Of a stretch of 64,000 nucleotides of DNA, positions 1 through 11,045 are shown one piece after another (position 1 is the stretch's first letter; the number at the start of each line of letters is the position of its first letter). The position numbers and the translations under genes are program-made. Under the pieces are notes generated by a model, which made no database searches, had not been told where the DNA came from, and was given only the letters and a program-made list of their open reading frames with translations. Source of the stretch: Lama guanicoe (taxonomy: Eukaryota); NCBI GenBank assembly GCA_013239625.1, contig MU053934.1, positions 1,977,031-2,041,030 on the forward strand, written 5' to 3'.

Positions 1-299
1 GGTATTCCCCCCACTCCTCCCCTGAAAAAACAAAGAAAATGTTATGTTAAAAATAACAAACACATTCTATCTTGCATATGAGTTCCCCAAATTCTTTTTA
101 TAAATCAAAGGTTTGTTATGAGATTTTAAGGATCTTATTTTTCTTATATCTTGAAACATTCTAAGTTTTTTACCAACCTTTACTCATTAATTATCCTTAA
201 CCACGTTAAAAAAATGACTAATAAAATAACAGACCAATGGCATACTCTCTCAAAGAATGTGGCAAGAGTGAAATAAATCATCACTAATACATCATCCTT

Positions 300-341
300 C
301 AGTTTTCTTATTGCATTGTACAGTTTTCTTACTGCATTGCA
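300..341. repeat. 21-bp tandem duplication
   Basis: CAGTTTTCTTATTGCATTGTA / CAGTTTTCTTACTGCATTGCA (2 mismatches), directly abutting the 5' end of a SINE. Confidence 0.8.
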
Positions 342-342
342 G

Positions 343-425
343 TGGGTATAGCTCAGCAGTAGAGCACATGCTTAACATATACACGGTCCTGGGTTCAATC
401 CCAGTACGCAGTTAAAAAAAAAAAA
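343..425 (+). mobile_element. tRNA-derived camelid-type SINE (short form)
   Basis: GGGTATAGCTCAGCAGTAGAGC (A box), GGTTCAATCCC (B box) and a poly-A tail. Confidence 0.9.
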
Positions 426-462
426 GATTGCAAACATTGTTTTTACTGTTTGCTCAGTTTTC

Positions 463-660
463 TTTTCTTCCCCCTGCCCCCCCTTTTTTTTGGCTTTTTA
501 TATTTGTTTGTTTGGGGGGAGGGGTAATTAGACTTATTTATTTTTTACTTTTTATTTTTTAAAATTTAATTGTATTTCTTTTTAATGGAGGTACTGGGGA
601 TTGAACCCAGGACCTCTTGGATGCTAAGCAGGCACTCTACCACTGAGCTCTACCCTCCCT
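463..660 (-). mobile_element. tRNA-derived camelid-type SINE (long form)
   Basis: Reverse complement reads GGGAGGGTAGAGCTCAGTGGTAGAG..GGTTCAATCCCCAGTACCTCC followed by A-rich tails; flanked by direct repeat GTTTGCTCAGTTTTC (448-462 and 664-678). Confidence 0.9.
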
Positions 661-961
661 TCAGTTTGCTCAGTTTTCATCAAATACAGTTAAGAATTAG
701 TTTTTCACTTCCTACCCATAATGACAAAGAAAAGAAAAACTAACAGAGGAAATGTTTCACAATTATTAGATGAATTAGAAGATGAATGTAAACATGGGCA
801 GAAGTACTCTAAACTCTAATGATGATGGTGAAGTTTGCATATAAGTGAAATCTTGAGACTATGATTCTTTAGATGATTCTATTCTAACCTAGAATAGAAT
901 CATGACCAAAGTCAAGAATCAATAAGTGAATAATGTATTTCTAAGGACAAAAAGGAACTAT

Positions 962-1143
962 AAAACAAGATCCTACCATAATACAAGGAACTGTATTTAA
1001 TACCTTGTAATAGCCTATAATGAAGAAAGAATATGAAAAGGAATACACACACACACATACACACATATATATAACTGAATCACTATGCTATATACCAGAA
1101 ATTAACACAACATTGTAAATTGACTATACTTCAATTAAAAAAA
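962..1143 (+). mobile_element. 5'-truncated young L1 3' end with TSD
   Basis: L1 3'UTR-like tail (..CCAGAAATTAACACAACATTGTAAATTGACTATACTTCAATTAAAAA) with poly-A; TSD AAAAAGGAACTAT at 949-961 and 1144-1156. Confidence 0.85.
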
Positions 1144-1340
1144 AAAAAGGAACTATGGTTTCTCATCCAGTTCAACTCAAAGAATGTTTACATGCAGTAT
1201 TTTCCAACAAGAACTGGGATTATCCTGTTTCACTGAAAGGACATATAATAGTATCCCTTCTTCTCTTATAACATGACAAAATTTACTTGGTACAATTCAT
1301 AAGTGGCCAAACGTGGAGGTAGATTATATAAATATATAAA

Positions 1341-1343
<3 letters not shown>

Positions 1344-1387
<44 letters not shown>

Positions 1388-1412
1388 CATATATATATAA
1401 AATATGTATATA
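1344..1412. repeat. (TG)n/(TA)n microsatellite
   Basis: Pure TG run about 1344-1382 followed by degenerate TA repeats. Confidence 0.95.
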
Positions 1413-1654
1413 TAAAGGTTACTGGAAGGAAACATATAGGAATAAAAAATATTCTTTGGACTGATCATTCTAAATACTGTTTATAGATAAAAATTATTTG
1501 TAATTATGGAGTAAAGATCATCTTTTCAACACAATTATGCACTGCTAAAGGTTTTTGTGTTTGAACTATGTACATGCGAGAAGAACCAGAAGTAATAATA
1601 AGCTAGAACCTATTAGAGATATATTTGGAATGTGGAATCAGAATTTACAAGATG

Positions 1655-1805
1655 AGGATGGGAGGGTATAGCTCAAGTGGTAGAGCACATACTTAGCATG
1701 TATGAGGCCCTGGATTCAATCCCTGGTAACTCCTCTAAAAATAAATTAAAAAATCAAACCTAATTACCTCTCCCCACCTCAAAAAAAAAAAAAAACCTAA
1801 AAAAA
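1655..1805 (+). mobile_element. tRNA-derived camelid-type SINE (long form) with perfect 15-bp TSD
   Basis: GGGAGGGTATAGCTCAAGTGGTAGAGC..GGATTCAATCCC with poly-A; TSD AGAATTTACAAGATG at 1640-1654 and 1806-1820. Confidence 0.95.
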
Positions 1806-2999
1806 AGAATTTACAAGATGGATATATTCCAGGTTAGCGAATGACAACTGTTCATAAGCAATTAAGTTACATTTCAAAGGAAGTTGCCTTTTGAGCTATA
1901 TGCTTTCAAAACTAGGAAAATGGGGAATAAAAATTGGGACAGTATGTGTCAGTGAAACATCATATATTTGGAAGACTCAGATCTACACAGGTGGAGACCT
2001 ACAAAAGGAACAGGAGCAGAACAAAGGGTCAGAAAAAGTACAAGCACTGACACAGAGCCTAAAATTCACGGCATAAATATAACTTGTGACAATTTTAGAA
2101 CAAGTTTGGGATTGGCTTGAGTACTACTCAGCAAAACACTTGCTTTATAGTTTGTGCTATTAGGAAGAAAAGGGTTGAATTTCAATGTATTTTCACAGAT
2201 GGAAAAGGAAGAGAAATCAAGAGCACGTTATTTGGATTTCAAAGAGATTCAATGACTTTTTTTTTGTCCTTAGAAAAACTGTTAATGTTCTCAGCTCAAT
2301 GGATTCTCAACTATTAATAGATTCAAAAACTCCTGTTTAAAAAATACCCAAAGTGATCTTGTACTATTAACAATGTCAAAGAAGGGACAGACATAATGAT
2401 AAGAGAGTTAAAATCTATACTTGCAAAAGAATGGATGAAGGATAGCCTATATCTATTTTCTTCAATATGATTGATATTAGTACAATGAATAGTTTCATTT
2501 TACAGGAAAAGCTTCAGTTACAAGATTGCAAATTAATAAGACAATTCCTCACACTACTAGGAAAGGAACTTGCAGGAATAAACACAGAATTAGGAAGAGA
2601 GTATCTACCCTCTCAACCATAAACATGAGTCTCGGAGAACAGAAAGAAAGAAGATACAAAAGGATAGAAAAACATGAAATATTGCAAAAAAAATTTTTTT
2701 TAAACCATGAATAGTATTTAAATGTGACCTGTAGTCATTACAGGAGAGATATGTAATTAGTTGCATGAATGCATTTTTTCTTATTTTTAATAAAATTGCT
2801 TTTCACTATCATTTCTTATTTCTTAAATTAGTCATAAGAGAAAGATGAAAAGATTAGAGGGCCCACTTGACTCAGATGATAAATGGTTTTGGCTATCTCT
2901 CCTGATTAACTCAGAGTTAATCACTCATTTAGTTAATCACTAAATGAAAGAATCAAGAAAAGACTTGGCCCAAAGTATTACAATTTTAAAACTGAGAAG

Positions 3000-3310
3000 A
3001 AATCACCAATGAGGTAAGAAGAAAAGCAGGAGAGTGTGATGCTCTGGAAGTCAAGTACCCAAGAAAATGCATCACATGGGAGCGATGATCAGCCATGTTC
3101 TGTTCTACAGACAGGTCAGGTAAGATGAGGCTTGAGACCTGGTAATACACTGACAAGAGCAATTTTCAGTGATGTGGCAGCAACACATACCCAACTGAGC
3201 AGATTTAAAAGCGAACGAGAGGAGAAGAACTGATGTGAGCAAACAGAGACAACTCTACTGAGTTTTGCTATAAGGTAAAAGAAATTTAGCAGTAGCTGGC
3301 AGAAAACAGT
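3000..3310 (-). mobile_element. LINE2 fragment
   Basis: Typical antisense L2 text (GGAGAGTGTGATGCTCTGGAAG, GGTCAGGTAAGATGAGG, GAGTTTTGCTATAA). Confidence 0.6.
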
Positions 3311-3374
3311 ACTCCTGTCTCTTCCAGTAATACTGCTCCCTTCACTACTCCCCAGACTTAATTTCCTCCCTTCT

Positions 3375-4060
3375 TTTCATTCCACAAATGTCCAATCAGT
3401 CCCTTTCCTGTGCCAGGCACCTTCCTAGGCACAGATAATACGCCAGTGCCTTCGTGGAGCTTACGTTCTGGTTGGAGGGAAAAGGCAACAAGCAAATATA
3501 CAGCGAGTGAGATGGTGGTAGGGAAAAAAAATTAAAATGGGGGAAAAGGAATGGGAAATGATGGACAAAGGGGTTAGGAATTACCATTTATATAGGGTGC
3601 TCACCATAATGTGACAACTGAGTAGAGATTTCATCTTTAAGTAAGGAAGTCAAGCTGTTATCTGCAGAAAGAGCAAGGCGGTGGGCAAAACCTAAGGCCC
3701 TGAGGCAAGGGTGTGTTTGAAATGTTCAAAGACTGGCCAGTAGTATAGAAGAAACTGAGGTCAAAGACAGCCAGTGGGGCAAGGCATATTGGCCTTCTAG
3801 GCCAGTGCAGGGCGTTCGACTTTTATGCTGAGTGAGATATGAGACCATGGGAGATTTTTGGCCAGAGGAGCAATACAATGTGACTTTTAAAAGGATCACT
3901 CTGGCTGCTGTGTTGAGCACAGACTTCGGAGAAGGGGTTGGGGAAGAATTAAAGCAGGAAGGCTAGTTAGAAAATTATTATTACGATAATATAGGCAAGA
4001 GCTATTGGTGGCATGGCCAGAATGAAAGCAGTGGGACTCATGAGTAGCCGTCAGGTGTCA
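3375..4060 (-). mobile_element. LINE2 3' portion
   Basis: TTCATTCCACAAAT..TGTGCCAGGCAC..GGAGCTTACGTTCT..TTTAAAAGGATCACTCTGGCTGCTGTGTTGAG. Confidence 0.8.
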
Positions 4061-4582
4061 TGGTTACACTTGACACCGTATCTTTGCTTGTATCAGTTCT
4101 CCATCTTGCTTCCATCTATTCAGTTCTCCCAGAATCTAGCTTAAATTATATCTCCTTCGAGAAACAATCTCCAACCAACTCTATCTTCAGTGATTATCCA
4201 CTTTTCTGATCTCCTATTGACAACTGTTCATACCACCTACCGACTGGCATGTAGTCTTTGCCACAACGAATTGCTATGTAACTTGTATGTCCCTAGTTTA
4301 CCTCATTATCCTTGAGAAAGAAAATACTTAATAACTCTTGGTGTCTTCACTTTGCTGCATAAAACAGATACTCAATTAAGTGTCTGCTAATAATCAAACT
4401 GCATCACCTAGAAATAACTCTCAAAAGAAATTATTATATATTCACTTTCTCCTTAAACGGTCAAAGTCAGAGAGGCCTGACACAGCTGTCCTGAGGAAAC
4501 CTCTGCCTCCCCTAGGCAGCTCACCATCTTGAGCTACACTTCAAAATAGCTGCTTACTTCAGTCCACAACTAGTTTCCCTGG

Positions 4583-4735
4583 ACCAATGGTTTCCAAACC
4601 ACTGGACCAGCAGCATTAGCATCACCTGGCAATATACATACACTTCCAGGTCCACCCAGATCTCATGAATCTAAAACTGGAGGTGGCTCAGCAATCTGTA
4701 CATTTTGAGCACTATTAAGTTTAAAAATTATTGCT
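4583..4735. mobile_element. MER5-like hAT-Charlie MITE
   Basis: CAATGGTTTCCAAA..GGACCAGCAGCATTAGCATCACCTGG..CAGCAATCTGT. Confidence 0.7.
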
Positions 4736-4789
4736 CTGGCTTAAAGGTTTAACTAATTACCCTGTTTTTCCAAGAGATCTCTGGAACAG

Positions 4790-7440
4790 TTCCATCCTGG
4801 CTCGTATCCTCATTCACCTCAACCATCATCAGAAGTCCATGCCTTCCAGGTGGCTCACCCTTACAGCTCTGCACATCCACTCCTCTCATCCCCTGTCTTG
4901 CTCTCTCTTGCCCTCTAAAGCCCTAGCAGTCGTAAATGAGCCTCAGTAAACTCCTATATACTTGCTCTCTTCTCTGTGATGTTCCCTTCACCTTTTGGCT
5001 CTCTTTAAAGAAAGCCTGACTGCTCCTGAGAATACTGCTGCTTCCTCAGTAGCAGCTTTCCTCCTTTCATTCCATAGCTCGGCAGGGGCAAGCAGCCTCC
5101 CTATTCCCCAACACCATGCAGTGTTGAACCCTGTAGGTATCCTGCTCACTTTGCAAGACTACTTCTAAACCACTTCTCTACCCTCCACCCAAACTGCAGA
5201 TCCTTTGAAACAGGTATCATCTGTTCACTGCCTCAAGTCTTAGCACAGGGCTCCCTGTTTTCATGTTCGTTATTAGTTTTATCATTCTTGACGACTTCAA
5301 CATACACATGGATCATTCATTAACTACTTTGGCCACCTAGCTATTGTTGTTTTAATGTGTTTGAGCATCAGCTATATTTTTTTCACTTCACCTAAGCCAC
5401 CCATTTAGCAACATATCATAGCATCATCATCACCAGTAACTGTACCATCTCCCAAAATCTCAAGCATTTCAAGCACTCTGCTCTCACACCATCAAGTCTG
5501 CTTACTCCAGTAGATTCCCACTCCAGCATTTCTCCAGCCTCCTTGAGGGCTCTAATCTACAAGTTGGTCCTACCACTTTTTCATTACTCCCAAGTCCTCT
5601 CCTCCTAATGTTCTTAATTCCTTCCTAAGCCAGTTTAGATTCTAGGGTTCAACACTATATATAATTAATCTTTTTTAAGAAGTCCTAATTCCCCTGTCCC
5701 TTTTTCTCTTAGTTTAATTTACCTAGTAAAATCTCAACTCCTGGTTAAATTCAACTGTTTACTTAACCCTCTCTTCCAACTTAACAACATAAAATTGCTG
5801 GATAAAAATCACGACTTGCCACCACTCACGTCAAGTTAATGACTACAGATTTTAGGCATACTATACTGCTCTAATAAGTTCACTTCCCATTTTTTGAGAT
5901 GAGAACCTTGTCCTCTCTCTGCAAATCTGAGATACTTCTCCACTCCCTACACTTCCACTTTCAGCTATGTTCATCTTATATGTTATAAAGAAAGCAGACA
6001 CAATCAGAGGACTCCCTCTTCTGCCTAAAACCAATGCCATCAGTCTCGCTGGCTCTAAACCCACACACACTGCCCTCCTTCCTATTAAAAAGGGGGGAAA
6101 AAAAAACTGCTTCTGGGGGATCCCTCTTCTGTGTGCTGGATCTAACGGACTGTGTCCCTGCAATTAGCCTCCTTTTCAGTACCCTCAATTCCTCCCCTCT
6201 ACTGGATCTATCCCAGTGACATAAAACATGCCTGAACTTAACATCACCTGTGTTTTAAAAATCCTCCCTTGAACCCACATACCCATCTAGTACTGCCCAA
6301 ATTCTTTGCTCCACTGCACAACTAAACAATATTTCACTGTCTCAACATCTTCACCTACCAATTAAAAACTCAGCCCATTCCAACTGGCTTTTTTACTGCC
6401 ATCATTCCAATTCAAACAGCTCTTACCAAGTTCACCAATGACCAACATCCTACCAAGGCCAATGACCAATTATTTGGTCTTAAGTAATACAAATCCAACA
6501 CTTTCTTCCCCTCTTGTTTCCCGCCCGCCCTACCCAAGTCTCAGTATCCTTCACACCTCAGGGCTTCTACCTCAGACTTGTTCTCTAGTTACATTTTCTC
6601 CCAACGCTTTAAAAATATGCACTGATGAATCTCAACCTTATACCTCCAACTCTCATCTCTCTTCTGAGCTCCAGACTCATGTCAAATTGCCACTGAACTT
6701 CTCTACTTGGATATCTACTAGATATTTCAGACTTGACAAGTCCAAACCATAAATATTGTCTTTTTGTGTACTCTCTATTCTGTTGCAAGGAAATGTCCCC
6801 TCCATCCTAATTTCTCAAACCAAAAGCTGATTCCTCTTTCTTTTCACCACACACAAACCATCTTTAATCTTATCAAACTGCCCTCCAGAGTCTAAGCCAT
6901 CACCTTTTGTTCTTGACCTTCCTTATCACTTTTCCTAAAGAAAGTCAACTTTCCTGCTTAAAATCTCCCAATACCTTCCCATTTTAACCAGAACAAAATC
7001 CAAATCTCTACCAGGGGAAAGATCTGGCCCTCGTCTCCCTCTCCAGTCTTATCTTCCAACATTCTTTTCTTCCTACATTCTCTACACTCCACCCACACCA
7101 CCCCTCTCTCTGTCCTTTGAATGCCCCAGACCATCTGAGGACTTGTATTTGCTGCTCCTTCTGCTTATAATGCTTTCCTCCCATAGCTTGACGAGATGGT
7201 GCTCCTTTTCACTCAGGCCTTTTTCACTTTAGCTAAACCTTCAGGGTCATATAACTTTTTCTCTATGGCACTTATTAGTTCCTGAATTTATCTTGTTTGC
7301 TTACGTGTTTACAATTTTCTTTCTCCAGTTAAAAAATACAAGCTCTACAGGAAAGAACTTTGTGTCTTGTTCATGCTCTTTCCCTACCCCTTAGAACGGA
7401 ATCAGCACACAACTATCATCAATAAATGTGTTAACTGCTT
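4790..7440 (+). mobile_element. Long LINE2 copy with endonuclease remnant and 3' end
   Basis: Pyrimidine-rich L2 body; IILDDFNIHMD (APE GDFN motif) at 5281-5313; CTTCTGAGCTCCAGACTC at ~6661; 3' tail CAATAAATGTGTTAA at ~7420. Confidence 0.8.
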
Positions 7441-7899
7441 GAGTCTCATATTACCAATACAATCATTTGTTTAGCTCCCTATAGTTTTCTGAGATTTAAA
7501 AATATGCATCAAACCAATGTCACCCAAAGTATCAATATAAATTCTGCAATAATAATGGAAGCATCTTGTTAAATAATATACAAATCTGATCACACTTGAT
7601 TCTGCTTAGAATCTGATAAGTAATGGCTCCTCATCAGAGTAAAAAAACAAACACCTTAAACTATTCAGATAATCTGGCCTCTAAAATTTTTAATTTTCAT
7701 CCATCACTATTCCACTCATCCCACACATACAAGCCACATGGAATTATATATGGTTCCCAAACATATATATTATTTCACCAATCTATCCTTTTTGGGGAAA
7801 GCAATGACCCTTTCTACTCTTCAACCACTCTGCTTGTCTACTTCCTACTCTGTAAAGACTTTTTCAAACTCCTAGATGCTGTGATCTCTCTGTCCTCTA

Positions 7900-9000
7900 T
7901 CTGTTCTCCCTCCTGTTAAATAGGAGAGTTCTCCCTACTCCTAAACCCAAGCCTATCTTCTCAAAGCATAAGAGCAATTATCCCTTGTCTTCTCTTGTAT
8001 ACTCTTCTCCTTCTCAAATGAATTTATTCAGCTAGATTTTAAACATGACCATGTCTTTTATTTAAAATAAAACAAACCCTTCTCTATCTTACATACTCTT
8101 ATAAGTACCCTCTACATTCCTTCAAAGTCAGTCTTTTCCAACAACTGCCTATACTATGTCTACCTTGAATTCCTTCCCCCACTCCCCTCCCCACCATGAA
8201 CTCCTGAACTGACTCCATTCTCAGGCTTCTGTCCTCAGCAGTTCTCGGAAACAACCCTTGCAAATGTCATCAACGACCTCCATGTTACTAAAACGACGGA
8301 CATTTTTCAGTTCTCTCTTCCTGCCGCTCTTTTATCTTAGTTTCCTAGTGTCCTGGTTTTCCTCCTGAAGAACAAGCTCCCTAGAATCTTGTTCCCTGAC
8401 ACCTTTGAGGGTTCATCTCGTCTACCAGGCATCACCTTCTCTTGCTCTACCTTTTCTCCCTAGGCCAGGCTCATCTTAAGTCATCATCAAACCTGCCCAT
8501 AGCTTCGATTACTCTTGTATGCAGATTTCACACAAACTTATAGTTTAAGCCTCTAACTTTCCTTATATTTCCAGACCTGGGTAGCCAACTATCTAAGCGG
8601 AATTTCCCCTTCAATATCTCAGTGTTACCCAGAAGTACCAAATCTGAAATCAGACTCATGATATCCTTTACCTTCCCGCCTCCAAAAAAACTTGGACCTC
8701 TTCCGAATCGTGACATTATCCTGTCGATCGTATCTTCTGCCTCTCTCTCAGGCAGTTCTCCTCTCTAGGACATGCTATCCTCACCATTCTCTGCCCCTGA
8801 GACTACTCCACAACAACCACCAACTTCTCTCTGCTCTTTTACTCCTCTCTCATCTGTATAGATACATTTTTAAAAAAAAAAATCTAATTATAAACTCCAC
8901 TTCAGCCTACTCCCAATCCTGTTTAAAATCTTTTAAATGGCTTTTCACTGCCAAGTATCTATTCACAGTATCTGGCCTCCAGTGTTATCTGAACTGACCT
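7900..9000 (+). mobile_element. LINE2 fragments
   Basis: GTCATCAACGACCTCCATGTTACTAAA, CCAGACCTGGGTAGCCAACT and other L2 ORF2 3' text. Confidence 0.6.
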
Positions 9001-9184
9001 GTGGTTACATTTTGTGATAACTCAATTTACTATTAAGTCTAATTCTCTAAATGTGAAAACCAATTCAAATGGCAAAACAGTGATAAAAAGTGAGCATTTA
9101 AAAATCAGCCTAACTACAACCGAATAATCAGCTGCTGTCATTATTATTGTTATCTTATATTTGCTTGGTACAAAGTAGCTTCCA

Positions 9185-9345
9185 AAAAACTTTACCATAA
9201 ATTATCTCAACAAACTGTTAGGTATTAGTAGTCCCATTTTAAAGACTGAAAAACCACGTTAGAAAGGCTATACATTGACAAATGGCACTACCAAGACCAA
9301 AACCTGTGTCTTTTGACTCCCAGGCCATGATTTCCATGTTTTATG
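9185..9345 (-). mobile_element. MIR SINE
   Basis: GTTAGGTATTAGTAGTCCCATTTTA..AAAACCTGTGTCTTTTGACTCC. Confidence 0.65.
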
Positions 9346-9609
9346 ATAAAGCCATCACTTACTGACTACCTTGCTTCTAAAATGGCTGATACACATTTTT
9401 CTAAGATTCCTCCAGTAACGCTCTCAAGAGCTATCACATCTTTTGACACTCTGGGAAATCAAGGTACATGCAATTAAGTAACTTATCTCAATTAATGGAT
9501 AATGAAACAGAATTCAGGTTACCTTATTTTCATTTCTCTACTCTATCCTGTATCAGGCTGAATGGTAGCAGTGATAAACCAGACAAATAAAAGAAGATTT
9601 TAAGTGTGT

Positions 9610-9790
9610 TGCAGTAAGCTCTGACACCAGACAGACCAGGGTTCAAATCCTACCTCTGTCTATTCTCAATTGTGTGACCTTAGCAAGTTGCTGAAGTTTC
9701 TACTTTCTGTGCTGTAAAATGAGGATGACAGCTAACTCCCACATGTGTTGACGACTGAGGTATATGGCTAACATATATGTTATCACTCAT
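9610..9790 (+). mobile_element. MIR SINE
   Basis: CCAGACAGACCAGGGTTCAAATCCTACCTCTG..TGTGTGACCTTAGCAAGTT..CTGTAAAATGAGG. Confidence 0.8.
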
Positions 9791-9879
9791 AAACAGTTTA
9801 AAGTAAACAAAACAAAAACAGCCTCTCTTAAAAGAAGGTAGTGTTTAAAAAAAAAAAGAGCCATAGAGTTAAAAAAATA

Positions 9880-10050
9880 TATGGAATTGAGTTTCCAGCT
9901 CTGTCATTAATTAACCGTCACGTACAATAAATGGTCTTGGTCTCTGGGTCTCTTTCCTCATTTGTACATAGCAGTAATGATACCAAGTCCTTAGCACTGC
10001 TGTGAGGGTGAAATAAGATAGCATATAAAAGCACTTTCTTAATTGAAAAG
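9880..10050 (+). mobile_element. MIR SINE
   Basis: CCAGCTCTGTCA..TTTCCTCATTTGTA..TGTGAGGGTGAAATAAGATAGCATATAAAAGCACTT. Confidence 0.65.
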
Positions 10051-10814
10051 CATCATACAAAGATCATTCTTATCTGTGTACACACACTCTACCACTGTGT
10101 TATAAATTATGTCAGGGCATGGGAGTCTTTAATCATCTTTGTGTTTGTACCAGCTAGCAGCACAGTCCTCTACCCATTGCACCCATTACACACACTCACT
10201 AAATGTTGACTGAACTGATTTACTAAGAAGACAGAGGACTGAACTATGACAAAATAGTTCAAAATGAAATCCAGAAGTTCGTCCATATAGAATAAGAGTA
10301 AGAGAGAACCTGAGAACAGTCTAGCTAAGATCAGCTCCGACAGTGAGAACACATCCTGACTTCTGGGAATTTAAATCAGTGGTCTATAATTTTGTTTACT
10401 GGACATAAATTCTGTAATCATCAAACATGCAAATTCCCTCACTACAGGAATGACATGCCTCCCTCCCTCTCCCTTGCCTCTGCCCCTAGGCTGGCCCTCT
10501 CTGCCACCTACTTGTTGAAGAGGAGAAAGGGAGAATAAATGACATAGCAAGTGCTTAAGAGTAGTACTGCACCCCTCCCCCAAAAAGCTTAGAGAAAATA
10601 ATGGGGATATTCTCCATCAGCAGGCAAGTTTAGTGAGGGTTCTCTAGTCGCAAGTGCTCAAAATACTGATTAAGGGGAGACACTTCACGTTAAACTAGTT
10701 TGTGTTTATCAAAGTTCTCCCTGCACAAATTCAAAGGCATGCTAGAGGAAATGCTCTGGGGGGAGTGAGTGGTCTGCTATGCAAATGTTCAAAGCAAAAA
10801 GTTGACTCACATTG

Positions 10815-11045
10815 GTTATTTACTGAGCATCTACTATGTGCTACACACCATGTTAAGCATCTTTCATAGATTATCTCAAATCTTTACAATAATTCCGTGT
10901 GATAGACATTAATGTTCTCCATGTAACAAAAGAAGAAACTGAGGTTCAGAGAGGTTAAGTGACTTATTCATACCACACAACTAGAAATGACAGAGGTGGG
11001 ATTTAAACCTTCTTAAGTCTCTAAAACCCACATTCTTTGCACCAG
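10815..11045 (-). mobile_element. MIR SINE
   Basis: ATTTACTGAGCATCTACTATGTGC..GAAGAAACTGAGGTTCAGAGAGGTTAAGTGACTT. Confidence 0.85.

Larger units (their letters stand above)
721..2745 (+). pseudogene. piggyBac transposase pseudogene (frameshifts, stops, nested insertions)
   Basis: ATG at 721 reads MTKKRKTNRGNVSQLLDELEDEC (acidic N-terminus). Removing the SINE gives EPIRDIFGMWNQNLQDGYIPG*..TVHKQL (canonical TVDEQL). The ORF at 1891 reads YMLSKLGKWGIKIGTVCVSETSYIWKTQIYTG (canonical YxPxKPxKYGIK..Y). NITCDNF at ~2076-2096; NNVKEGTDIM..KRVKIYTCKR..PISIFFNMIDISTMNSFIL at ~2368-2502; YCKK..VTCSH remnant at ~2680-2740. Confidence 0.9.
1..2920 (+). mobile_element. Fossil piggyBac-superfamily DNA transposon (Looper-like); left end probably upstream of the window
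   Basis: Degenerate piggyBac transposase motifs in the correct order (see next feature), an AT-rich subterminal region 2770-2900, and a right end ...CTCAGAG-TTAA (TTAA 2917-2920) resembling the piggyBac GGG-TTAA terminus. Looper assignment is from my recollection of the consensus. Confidence 0.85.

Noticed and set aside
343..1805. tRNA-like sequences with A and B boxes
   Set aside because: They carry poly-A tails, two have TSDs, and none shows a complete cloverleaf; they are SINEs, not tRNA genes.
1891..2714. Functional or domesticated PGBD gene
   Set aside because: Multiple frameshifts and stops, first catalytic Asp changed to His, and retroelement insertions in the coding region.
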